From positions 8,626-72,625 of the forward strand of contig JAEEYV010000052.1 of the NCBI GenBank assembly GCA_016288295.1: a stretch of 64,000 nucleotides of DNA, written 5' to 3'. This DNA comes from Alphaproteobacteria bacterium (GTDB lineage Bacteria > Pseudomonadota > Alphaproteobacteria > RF32 > CAG-239). The notes beneath the pieces were generated by a model that was not told where the DNA came from, did not search any database, and saw nothing but the letters and a program-made list of their open reading frames with translations. A program made the translations under genes and the position numbers. Of this stretch, positions 29,120 to 38,346 are shown in pieces (the first letter of the stretch is position 1; each line of letters opens with the position of its first letter).

Positions 29120-30958
29120 ATGAACGAGTTTGAGATAGTTAATGAATCTCCACGGTGGACAAACGATGGCCAGGGAAGTGTGGATATTATTCATGCAAGT
29201 GATGCAAAAAAAGATTTAAGTATCAGACAGTCAAATTGTACTCTCAGCAATGAAGAGATTGTCAGTATATATGCTTATTGTCAAGAACACTCTATTTATA
29301 GGGTATCTGCGCATAGAAAAAAAGAAGGGATAGAAATTAGTTATTATAAAAACAATAATGACACAAAAGTAACAGTAACATTTGATGACTTACCTAAAAA
29401 ATCCAATGCTGAATTATCTGAAGCTTTAGCTAAAGAAGATAAAATATCACTTTCGTGGGTAGCCAGTTTAAAAAGAGCTGCGCGTGATGGAGAATATGTT
29501 TGCATAGGCTCTCCTTTGTCACCGGAAAGCAGATTGCAATATGCTGATTTATTTGAAAAAAATTTTGAAAATTGGGCTAAAAAAAGTCGCACACAAAAAA
29601 TGACCCTAGGTAAGTATGATTATAATTCTATTTGCTATGTGGGACCGAATGATCAGTTGGAACTTAATCGGTATGGAGTAGAAGGAAACGGTGTTTACAA
29701 CCCATTATTAAAAGGACAGGTAGTGGCATCGGGCAGTGCCAAAAGTGATTTCGCCGAGCGTTTGGCAGAAGTGCTTAAAGAGGGAAATTTGGAATATGTT
29801 GAAATAGGTAAAAGATTTGAGTGCAATGGCGTGATGATTTGTACTTTTGATGAAAAACAAATGGCTGAAATGCAATCAGCATTACCAAGTTCGTTTTCTC
29901 AAAAAGAAATAGGTAAGTATGACAGAGAATTTTGTTTTATGAATTTTAAGGACTTTGATTTTGGTAAAACAGATAAAGAAAAGTTTGAGGCATTTAACAC
30001 TGCTTGGCGTTACAATCGACCTGACGTGGCGACGGAAATTATTAAAAAAAATCCGCAATTGTTGGAGTCTGAAGTAATGCGGAAAGCTCTTAGTCCTTAT
30101 GATAAAATGAACGCACATTGCGCAACGGGTAAATATCAATTTGAAGATGCGCTTGAAATGGTTGATAGGCTAAAGACACTACGCGATAAAAATGTTATAA
30201 GCGAGGAGCAATTTAATAAGGCTGTAAATGCTCAATCGCCGGATATTGGAGAAACGTTTTTGACTCATGCTATTAAGTTAGCTGTTCAAGAAGCAAGTAA
30301 ATCACCTTATTATGGCTCAAATTATCTTGAAGTTATAGACAGAGCATTGTCTGCCGGATTAGATTGCAATGTAGCAAATGCGCGAGGTCAATATCCGTTG
30401 GAGCTGATTAAAGAAGTTGATATAGAAGCTCATCAGATGGGAGTAGCAAGCATCAAAAATTCGATAATGAAGGCAGAATTTGATAGTAAACCGACATTTG
30501 CAAGCATTGCGGCAAAAATACATAAACTTACCAATCGGGTAACAAAAGCAAGAATTGATATATTGCCTCCTAATCCTAAAAGGCAGGTTGGTATTGTTAA
30601 CGATAGAAATGTCCCAAAAACCAACGCAAAAGTCACTCAATATGATGTTGGTGATGTTATTGAAGACAAAAGGCATTATAGCGAATCCCCAGTTTGGATG
30701 GTAAGAGTTGAGCGCCCGTCATATTTGGCATCAGATATTAAAAAGCCTACTGATATTGCGTGGATTTTGCCTAAAGGTGAATATGTTATAGCGCAACAGC
30801 CATTTGATCATATTTCATCTTTGAAAGAATTTGAGGAAGGAAAAAAGAATTTCTATACTACTTATAAAAACGGTACTATCAGAAAAGTTTCTCCGGATCA
30901 GATTGTAAGCACGATATTAAATAATAATGGAAGAACCGGAGAAGCTAATAGCTTGTAA
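29120..30958 (+). CDS. hypothetical protein (612 aa) with a possible ankyrin-like repeat, cassette 2
   Basis: GETFLTHAIKL...VIDRALSAGLDCNVANARGQYPLELI resembles an ANK repeat, judged by eye only. Confidence 0.6.
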   Translation: MNEFEIVNESPRWTNDGQGSVDIIHASDAKKDLSIRQSNCTLSNEEIVSIYAYCQEHSIYRVSAHRKKEGIEISYYKNNNDTKVTVTFDDLPKKSNAELSEALAKEDKISLSWVASLKRAARDGEYVCIGSPLSPESRLQYADLFEKNFENWAKKSRTQKMTLGKYDYNSICYVGPNDQLELNRYGVEGNGVYNPLLKGQVVASGSAKSDFAERLAEVLKEGNLEYVEIGKRFECNGVMICTFDEKQMAEMQSALPSSFSQKEIGKYDREFCFMNFKDFDFGKTDKEKFEAFNTAWRYNRPDVATEIIKKNPQLLESEVMRKALSPYDKMNAHCATGKYQFEDALEMVDRLKTLRDKNVISEEQFNKAVNAQSPDIGETFLTHAIKLAVQEASKSPYYGSNYLEVIDRALSAGLDCNVANARGQYPLELIKEVDIEAHQMGVASIKNSIMKAEFDSKPTFASIAAKIHKLTNRVTKARIDILPPNPKRQVGIVNDRNVPKTNAKVTQYDVGDVIEDKRHYSESPVWMVRVERPSYLASDIKKPTDIAWILPKGEYVIAQQPFDHISSLKEFEEGKKNFYTTYKNGTIRKVSPDQIVSTILNNNGRTGEANSL

Positions 30959-30993
30959 TTAAGATATCGGTTCGTGAACTGCAAACTTTGCAC

Positions 30994-31031
30994 CACCAAT
31001 ACAAACAACCTCTCCTTGTGAGAGGTTTTTT
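30994..31031 (+). repeat. 38-nt repeat of the tRNA-Glu flank and terminator (1 mismatch)
   Basis: caccaatacaaacaacctctccttgtgagaggtttttt compared with 27493-27530. Confidence 0.85.
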
Positions 31032-31122
31032 ATTAGTTCAAAGCTTTCAGGCTATAAATTAGCTAAAATTTAAATATTTGATGATACAATATAGCATATT
31101 TTGTGCATTAGAGGATTTTCTT

Positions 31123-31578
31123 ATGAATAATTATATAATCAGAAACGCTCAAATTAAAGATTGGCCGACGCTACTGCTGATATTTGACAAGTCTTTACGC
31201 TCTATTGAACAGTATGAAAAATATTCAGAAGAAGACTATAAGCAATTTTACAAATGCCTGATGAATCACTCATTTCCTCTATATGATATATACGTATATA
31301 TAATTGATAATAACATATTGGGCTTTATATGTTATCACGAACACAAAATAGAAATGTTGTACGTATTGCCTCAATATATGAACAATGGGATAGGTTCTAC
31401 CCTTTTGGAATATGTTTTGGATAAATATCATGAGACCTTAGAAATAGGTGTATCAAAAACTAATCCCGTTTCTATGCATATATATCAAAAGCATGGTTTT
31501 GTTGTTGTGAGGACCGAAGATTATGATGTCTCCGGAGTTTATTGTCCACATTATATCATGGTACGAGAGTATAAATAA
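31123..31578 (+). CDS. GNAT family N-acetyltransferase
   Basis: Start at ATG 31123 after GAGGA. The Q/RxxGxG/A-like segment is YMNNGIGSTLLEYVL, and the C-terminal motif is IYQKHGF. Confidence 0.7.
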   Translation: MNNYIIRNAQIKDWPTLLLIFDKSLRSIEQYEKYSEEDYKQFYKCLMNHSFPLYDIYVYIIDNNILGFICYHEHKIEMLYVLPQYMNNGIGSTLLEYVLDKYHETLEIGVSKTNPVSMHIYQKHGFVVVRTEDYDVSGVYCPHYIMVREYK

Positions 31579-31671
31579 AAATTTGAAGTTGAAATATCCT
31601 TGATATATAGCATTGGTATTTTATAATAACACAAACAGATAGCACATGTAATTTCACAAGAGGTTAAACAA

Positions 31672-31719
31672 ATTCGAATTTTGAATTTTAAAACCAGAAT
31701 TTGGAAAATTTTTACGAAT
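31672..31719 (+). promoter_or_regulatory. Conserved cassette upstream module, copy C (degenerate)
   Basis: ATTCGAA...TTTGGAAAATTTTTACGAAT. Confidence 0.4.
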
Positions 31720-31820
31720 CAAGTTTTTAAACTGATCATACTTAATTTGTTACATTAAATAAATTTAAATATTCAAGGTTCAACATAAATAAGAATCATT
31801 TTAATTTTGGGAGACTGAGG

Positions 31821-32474
31821 ATGATTAAAAAAATATTGTATATCTTTTTATTAGGAATACTTTTTATAAAGCCCGTGAATGCGAGTGATATAAACGGTTA
31901 CGGTCATCCTAGTGATATGATGACATATTATTATCAAAATAAAGATCTCGGTCAGGCCCTTGATATAATACAAAAAATGTCAGATTCTCAAATTTTGGAA
32001 CACAATGAGCATAGCTTTACGCCCATGATTGGATTTGTTCTCGGTATTATCGGGGAAAATGAAGGATCAGAAGAAAAAATACATCAACTCTTGTTATCAC
32101 CCGAAATGAAAAAATGTGTTCATGTCGCAGAAAGTTTGTTAGAACAATACTCTTTTGAAGTTATATTGACTGATCCTGATAAAATACAGGATGAGCGAGG
32201 GTTAGATTTGCTTTGGGGTGTATTTGCTGCAACAGGCAATCCCAAAATTCCGGAAACAATTCATAATTTTGTAGAAAATAATAAAATATCAAAAGCACCG
32301 GCTGGAGAAAAAAACAGACAAGATGTTGTTGTAATGTCTGCTATATGGTCCCTAGAGAGTAATGCCGAACAACATGATATTGTAAAGCCATATGCAGAAT
32401 TTCCGGTTCAAAGCGATGGTAAAGGGGACCAAAATATTATTACTTTTTATAAAGAAATTCGTAAAAATAAATAA
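31821..32474 (+). CDS. hypothetical secreted protein (217 aa)
   Basis: GGGAGACTGAGG RBS. The signal peptide ends VNA|S. Confidence 0.6.
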   Translation: MIKKILYIFLLGILFIKPVNASDINGYGHPSDMMTYYYQNKDLGQALDIIQKMSDSQILEHNEHSFTPMIGFVLGIIGENEGSEEKIHQLLLSPEMKKCVHVAESLLEQYSFEVILTDPDKIQDERGLDLLWGVFAATGNPKIPETIHNFVENNKISKAPAGEKNRQDVVVMSAIWSLESNAEQHDIVKPYAEFPVQSDGKGDQNIITFYKEIRKNK

Positions 32475-32542
32475 TAACTTCTTTAAGCGATAACATATAA
32501 AAATCCACCGTAACAGCAAGATGCTACGATGGATTTTTAAGA

Positions 32543-33274
32543 TTAGTTTTTTGATGGAAGAATAAATTGTTCAACGCTGAGGAAAACTTTATCTTCAATC
32601 AACAGTTCTGTCAAACATTTCAGTGATTCAAAAATAGTGACTGGAATATTTTCAATAACTTTAGGAACAGCCGAGGCATCATAAGATTCTCTAGGATTAT
32701 GCTTGCCATGATTAACTGCATCAATAAAAATAGCATCAATCCAGGTCCTTTTATGTTGTAACTGATGTATTATTTTGCCCATCAACTTCCATTGCTCATT
32801 ACGAGGCACATCATTAGTGGCCAATTGAGATGTGGGATAATACTCTAACAGATAAGGCAATGGAAATGCCGATTTCGGTACCAAAGAATTGATCTCTTTT
32901 TGTATGCGAGGGTGTTTGCTGATATCTTGCCCCGGTAAAGGATGGATATCCGGAAGGCTCTTCATAACTGCTGATAGCAGCTCATCATAATGCCTACATT
33001 TTTCTTCTCCTACAGGCTGTATTTTTGAGAAAGGATTAGTACCCCTATCTGTATCGATATTCCATTCATCAATGTAAACCCACTGAAATCCCTTCCTTCC
33101 CCAACCGGTACCATAAACCTGCTCTACCGCACTAAAGAAAGAAGTATAAATCGCTTCATGCTGTTCCGCCGTACTAGCATCACTAATAATCAAAATGACG
33201 GGAACTTTGTATAGTTTGCCGTCTTCCGCTTTAATATTTTGCATGAGTACTGAAAAATTGAATAATAAACACAT
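32543..33274 (-). CDS. hypothetical protein (243 aa; start uncertain)
   Basis: ORF followed by a hairpin at about 32500-32540. Confidence 0.55.
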   Translation of the reverse strand: MCLLFNFSVLMQNIKAEDGKLYKVPVILIISDASTAEQHEAIYTSFFSAVEQVYGTGWGRKGFQWVYIDEWNIDTDRGTNPFSKIQPVGEEKCRHYDELLSAVMKSLPDIHPLPGQDISKHPRIQKEINSLVPKSAFPLPYLLEYYPTSQLATNDVPRNEQWKLMGKIIHQLQHKRTWIDAIFIDAVNHGKHNPRESYDASAVPKVIENIPVTIFESLKCLTELLIEDKVFLSVEQFILPSKN

Positions 33275-33484
33275 TGTAATTTAACTGTTGAAGCAAATAA
33301 TAAACGAATTTTATGAAATAAACAAGTAAAAATTATAGCTCATAAATTACAAAACAAGTACCTTCTGACATAAACAGCAGGCCTTCAAAAGCTGCCTCTT
33401 TATGCATGCCGTCTATTGACATGTGCAAAGCCATTTGCTACCATTATAGACGTATAATTAACACTATCCTGGGAAAGATTAAGA

Positions 33485-34276
33485 ATGGCTATAAACAAGT
33501 ATAAAAAACTTATTATTAATAAATATTCGGAATATGATGAAGAAACTCGCCTGGTTAGCAATCGTGGTCACAATGTAGAGTTTCTGACCACTATGCATTA
33601 TATTCAAAAATTTCTAAAACCCAGCGATAAAATACTAGAAATTGGAGCTGCGACTGGACGCTATTCCATTGCTTTAGCAAAAATGGGATATGACATTACA
33701 GCTGTTGACTTGGTCCCTCAGCACGTTGAAAAAATGAGATCTAAAACTCGTCGATTGAAAAACTTCAAATGTATAACGGCTGATGCCTTGGATTTAAGCA
33801 TATTCGAGGATAAAAGTTTTGATATGGTTCTAAACTTGGGACCAATGTATCATTTATTTAATAAAAAAGATAAAAATCAAGCAATTAAAGAAACATTGCG
33901 CGTTGCTAAGAAAAATGCAATTTGTATGTTTGCCTACATACCATGTGCATCATTTGTAACCGGTAACGGGTTGCGTCATCAAGGAATGTCCCATTTATAC
34001 GCTGCAATGGACAATATGGGACGAATTAAAGATGTTCCCTCAGAAGTTTTTACCTGTTTCTACATAGAAGACTTCAAAAAACTATTTGATAAAACAAGTA
34101 GTAAATATGTCACAAATGTAGCAACAGATGGAATAGCATATGCTATGCAGGAGTGGGTTGAACAGCTGCCTAAAAAAGACTATGAAGCATTTCTAAGATG
34201 GCACTTTATGACCTGTGAAAGACTTGATCAGCAGGGCTATAGCACACATTTGCTTTATATCTGTAAGAAAAAATAG
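33485..34276 (+). CDS. class I SAM-dependent methyltransferase
   Basis: ILEIGAATGRYSIALAKMGYDITAVDL (motif I plus the acidic post-I residue). Confidence 0.75.
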   Translation: MAINKYKKLIINKYSEYDEETRLVSNRGHNVEFLTTMHYIQKFLKPSDKILEIGAATGRYSIALAKMGYDITAVDLVPQHVEKMRSKTRRLKNFKCITADALDLSIFEDKSFDMVLNLGPMYHLFNKKDKNQAIKETLRVAKKNAICMFAYIPCASFVTGNGLRHQGMSHLYAAMDNMGRIKDVPSEVFTCFYIEDFKKLFDKTSSKYVTNVATDGIAYAMQEWVEQLPKKDYEAFLRWHFMTCERLDQQGYSTHLLYICKKK

Positions 34277-34451
34277 GCTATCGATAAAAACAATAAATTT
34301 TATAGAAAAATCAGCAAAAGTAATAATAGATCACTTAAAGGAAAGCGGCCGTTTGATTCTGCTTCATGCTTTTACCTCAAATAAATAATTGACTTATTCC
34401 ATTTTGCGTATACAATCCACACCGATTACCACATAATTATCTGGAGGCAAC

Positions 34452-35156
34452 ATGTTTTTTGACTTCGCTTGGATTTTAGTTACACTCTGTGTCGTTGTTT
34501 TAATTTGTTATCTTTCTAAAGATAAAAACCAGGGATACATTACCTTAACCGCTCTTTATTGCACAATGGCTGTTTCGTCGGCTGTTGCTGCCACAAAAAT
34601 GATTTCTATGTTTGGATTTTATGTTCCCGGCGGAGTCATAATCTACGCAGCATCATTTTTAATTACAGATTTAATATCCGAAGTTTATAGCAAACAGTCA
34701 GCAGTAAGAACGGTTTACTGTGGTTTTGCGGCAATGTTGATTTTTGCGGGATACTCTCTTTTAATTGTACATTGGGAATCGGCTCCTTTCTATACTCAAC
34801 AAGCCGCCTTTGAAACGGTCGTTGGCCTGTCTTTCCGCATAACCATGGCCGGTTGGATATCATTTATGGTCAGCCAATATTGGGATGTAATTGTTTTCCA
34901 TTGTCTAAAAGAGTCAAAAAAACGCTTTATCAGCAAACACTTATGGATTCGCAACTGCGGATCAACAATTACGAGTCAATTTATAGATTCGGTTCTTTTT
35001 ATCTTTATTGCGTTTTATGGCATTTATGATATTTTACCGATGATATTTGCACAATATATTGTAAAAGTCATAATTGCTCTTATGGATACGCCGTTTGCTT
35101 ACTGGGGACGATATATTTTAACCCTCAATCAAAAGCCTGGAAAAACTAAATTGTAG
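34452..35156 (+). CDS. queuosine-precursor transporter family protein (YhhQ/DUF165-like)
   Basis: FLITDLISEVYS, SQYWDVIVFHCLK and WIRNCGSTITSQFIDSVLFIFIAF align with conserved YhhQ blocks. Confidence 0.75.
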   Translation: MFFDFAWILVTLCVVVLICYLSKDKNQGYITLTALYCTMAVSSAVAATKMISMFGFYVPGGVIIYAASFLITDLISEVYSKQSAVRTVYCGFAAMLIFAGYSLLIVHWESAPFYTQQAAFETVVGLSFRITMAGWISFMVSQYWDVIVFHCLKESKKRFISKHLWIRNCGSTITSQFIDSVLFIFIAFYGIYDILPMIFAQYIVKVIIALMDTPFAYWGRYILTLNQKPGKTKL

Positions 35157-35270
35157 TTATCTATCATACTGCATAAAAAAAATGCATCAAAACATATTTT
35201 TTTAATGAAAAATAAAACAAATTACTGTATAATCACGAAGAATTGATAATATAAGGTTTGTTTTTTTCAG

Positions 35271-36140
35271 ATGTTACTACATTTACTACTTAATACTTTG
35301 ATCGTTGGAGCCGGATACGGCTTAACGGCTATGGCGTTTCGCTTGATGTATTCTGTCTCACCGTTTTTTAATATGACATTAGGTGCTGTTGCTGCGCTAG
35401 GTGCTTATACTGCTTATGGATTAATCTCTTTGTGCGGATTGCCTATGTGGGTTGGGGTTATCGGCGCAATAGCCGCCTGTGCTTTGTTTTCATACTTTTT
35501 GGAGGCCGGAATTTATACGCCGATGCGTAATCATGGTGCATCATCAATGGTATTGATGGTAGCATCATTAGGCGTTTATACAATATTTGAGTCAATAATT
35601 TTACTGGTTTTTGGTCCGCAATACCAAAATTTGGGTTCTATTCAATCAGCAACAACCGTCAATTTAGGTTTCGCAAGTATTCCTTTGGTTCAAGCTTTAA
35701 CAATTGTTGCTTATTTTGTTTGTTTTGGCTTCTTAAACTACTTATTGCACCATACATTTATTGGTCTAAAAATCCGTGCCGTTCACGATAGTGCCTCTCT
35801 GGCCAACACAATCGGGATGAAAAACAACCAAATTATTTTATTGGTATCGGTTTTAACCGGAGTGGTGCTGGGTGTCAACGGGGTTTTAATCGGTTATGAT
35901 ACTGGTATGGTGCCTACAATGGGATTTAATCTGTTGTTCAAAGGTATGATTGGTGCGATCATCGGTGGATTAGCCAATATGCGTGGTGCATTCTTTGGGG
36001 CGCTGTTCCTGGCATTTGCAGAAAATGTCGGTGTGCTGATTTTTGCATCAGAATGGCGTGATTTGATAGCCTTTGTTATCTTTATTACATTTTTATCTTT
36101 ACGTCCGAAAGGGATTTTTCAAAAAAAGGAGATTAATTAA
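35271..36140 (+). CDS. livH: branched-chain amino acid-type ABC transporter permease
   Basis: 289-aa polytopic protein with a LivH-like N-terminus (LNTLIVGAGYGLTAMAFRLMY). Its stop overlaps the next ATG (TAATG). Confidence 0.85.
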   Translation: MLLHLLLNTLIVGAGYGLTAMAFRLMYSVSPFFNMTLGAVAALGAYTAYGLISLCGLPMWVGVIGAIAACALFSYFLEAGIYTPMRNHGASSMVLMVASLGVYTIFESIILLVFGPQYQNLGSIQSATTVNLGFASIPLVQALTIVAYFVCFGFLNYLLHHTFIGLKIRAVHDSASLANTIGMKNNQIILLVSVLTGVVLGVNGVLIGYDTGMVPTMGFNLLFKGMIGAIIGGLANMRGAFFGALFLAFAENVGVLIFASEWRDLIAFVIFITFLSLRPKGIFQKKEIN

Positions 36141-37231
36141 TGAAAAAACTGATTTTAGGTTTATGTGCTGTACTTGCATTATCAGCTTGTAAGGATGAAA
36201 AAAAGAACGTTGTGCAAGCAGACACCAGACCTGTGATAAAAGTGGGTGCAAGCCTTCCGTTGACAGGTAATATGTCAGATATTGGTATTTCTGCACAAAG
36301 ATCTCTACAACTAGCGCTGGATGAATGGAATCAAAGAGATACAAAAAATAAATATGAGCTTATTGTAGAAGATGATGGCTTTGATGCCAAAAAAGTAGCA
36401 ATGATTACGCATAAATTGGTTAATCAGGACAAAGTAAAAGCTGTTTTTACTGTTTTTTCAATAGGAGCTAATGTTGTTAGCCCGATTACTCAACAGGATA
36501 AAATTATTCATATGACTTGCGCATACGGTTCACAACCGGCAGAAGGGTTTTACAATTTTAACAATATTACACAGTACGAAAATCAAACAGAATTAATGCT
36601 TAAAGAACTTAAAAAAAGAGGTATTAAGTCAATAGGAATGTTGATTTCTAATAATATTGGTTCGACACAGCAAGCAGAAATTTTGGAAAACAAAATTAAG
36701 CAAGATGGAACAATAAAAATTATCGGAAAAGAAATTTTTAATCCTGGAACAATAGATTTTAGGATGATTATTCAAAAAATAGTTGCCAATGGTGAGCCGG
36801 ATATTTTTTATGTTGATGGTATTACTCCTGATGCCACTCTTGTTTCTAAGTATTTGAAAGAAGTCACGGGAAAAATAAATTTGACAACGATTAATGATTT
36901 TATTGAAACGCCAAAAAGAGAAAGTTTTGAAGGATTATGGTTTGTTGAATCTGCATCAGGAACAGATGAGTTTAATAATAAGTTTGAAAATAAGTATGGA
37001 GAACCGGTCTTTTTGTGCGGTGCCAATACTTATGATAATTTAGATTTATTTATAGAAGCATGTGAAAAATCAGAACATTGCGATAGTGACGAGGTTGTAA
37101 ACAACTTGCTTTCTGTTAACAATAGGAATGGAGCCATTGGAAAATTTTCTATTGATGATCAGGGGATAGTGCAATCCGAAGCTAGCGTTAAAAAAATTGA
37201 AAACGGTAAAGCTATCAAAGTAGAGGAGTAA
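36140..37231 (+). CDS. Liv-type (PBP type 1) substrate-binding lipoprotein, paralog 1 of 14
   Basis: MKKLILGLCAVLALSAC lipobox, followed by RPVIKVGASLPLTGNMSDIG. Confidence 0.85.
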   Translation: MKKLILGLCAVLALSACKDEKKNVVQADTRPVIKVGASLPLTGNMSDIGISAQRSLQLALDEWNQRDTKNKYELIVEDDGFDAKKVAMITHKLVNQDKVKAVFTVFSIGANVVSPITQQDKIIHMTCAYGSQPAEGFYNFNNITQYENQTELMLKELKKRGIKSIGMLISNNIGSTQQAEILENKIKQDGTIKIIGKEIFNPGTIDFRMIIQKIVANGEPDIFYVDGITPDATLVSKYLKEVTGKINLTTINDFIETPKRESFEGLWFVESASGTDEFNNKFENKYGEPVFLCGANTYDNLDLFIEACEKSEHCDSDEVVNNLLSVNNRNGAIGKFSIDDQGIVQSEASVKKIENGKAIKVEE

Positions 37232-37235
37232 AAGT

Positions 37236-38342
37236 ATGAAAAAACTGATTTTGAGTTTATGTGTAATTCTGACATTAACAGCCTGCAAAGATGAAAAAAA
37301 GAACGTTGCCCAAGCAGACACAAGACCTGTGATCAAGATCGGTGCGACATTACCATTGTCCGGAGATTTGTCTTATGTCGGTATTGGAGCACAGAATGCA
37401 TTGCAGATGCTATTAGAAAAATGGCAAAATCAGAATACAAAATATAAATATGAGTTGCTTTTTGAAAATGATATGGTTAAGCCTCAACAAGCAGCTATAA
37501 ATACTCAAAAGTTCATTAATATGGATAAAGCAAGAGTTGTTGTTTCGGTTTTTGGTATTGTTGATAGGCCGGTTGATGAAATTGCCAATCAGAATAAAAT
37601 TATTTCACTGTCATGTTCGCATGGAAAAAGAAATATTCCTGAATATGGACTTAATACCGGAATGCAAAATGAAGAAAATTATGCTGAAGCTCTGAGACAA
37701 TTGAAAAAAAGAAATGTCAAAACAGTCGCTTTAGTAGGAAGCCATGCGGCAGTTAGTAATGTCATTCTGGACTATATGGCAGAGCATCTACCTCAAGATA
37801 ATATCCAAGTTTTAGCTAACGAACGATATGCTATTGGTGAAACTGATTATCGGCTATCCATCCAAAAAATCGAAGATATGAAACCTGATTATTATCTTGT
37901 TTTCGGAGTTGAGCCGATGAATAGTATTTTTGTTAAGCAATATAATGAATTAACCGGTAAAAACAATATCGCGGGACTGGGAACTTTTTGTAATATAGAT
38001 TCAAAGGTTTTTCCCGCAATTGAAGGAGTTTGGTCTACTGATTTTGTAGGAAATAATGAAACTTTTGTAAAGGAGTACTCAAATAAATATCATACCCGCG
38101 TAGAAGTTTGTTCTGCTAATCTTTATGATGGATTAGACATGATAATAACAGCATTTGAAAATACGCCTGTTGAAGGAAATGCGACTATTCCCAATAACTT
38201 TGCAGTTATGAAAAACATAAAAGAACAGAAAGTTTGGAACGGAGCCAGTGGTAAGATTAAAATTGAAGAAAATGGAATTGTACGGTCTGAAGTAAAATCC
38301 CGTATATATAAAAATGGTCAATGGGTAAAAACTGAGGAGTAA
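37236..38342 (+). CDS. Liv-type substrate-binding lipoprotein, paralog 2
   Basis: LTAC lipobox, followed by RPVIKIGATLPLSGDLSYVG. Confidence 0.85.
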   Translation: MKKLILSLCVILTLTACKDEKKNVAQADTRPVIKIGATLPLSGDLSYVGIGAQNALQMLLEKWQNQNTKYKYELLFENDMVKPQQAAINTQKFINMDKARVVVSVFGIVDRPVDEIANQNKIISLSCSHGKRNIPEYGLNTGMQNEENYAEALRQLKKRNVKTVALVGSHAAVSNVILDYMAEHLPQDNIQVLANERYAIGETDYRLSIQKIEDMKPDYYLVFGVEPMNSIFVKQYNELTGKNNIAGLGTFCNIDSKVFPAIEGVWSTDFVGNNETFVKEYSNKYHTRVEVCSANLYDGLDMIITAFENTPVEGNATIPNNFAVMKNIKEQKVWNGASGKIKIEENGIVRSEVKSRIYKNGQWVKTEE

Positions 38343-38346
38343 AAGC

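Noticed and set aside
27690-31760. Integron-type gene cassettes with attC sites.
   Set aside because: The inverted-repeat arms (AGTTCGTAA/TTACGAACT) do not fit the RYYYAAC/GTTRRRY core sites. They lie upstream rather than downstream of the genes, and no intI gene is present.
34290-34451. preQ1 riboswitch upstream of the YhhQ-like transporter gene.
   Set aside because: No small hairpin followed by the A-rich tail and CUA/GGAG context typical of preQ1-I or preQ1-II could be found by eye. This needs a covariance-model scan to exclude it fully.
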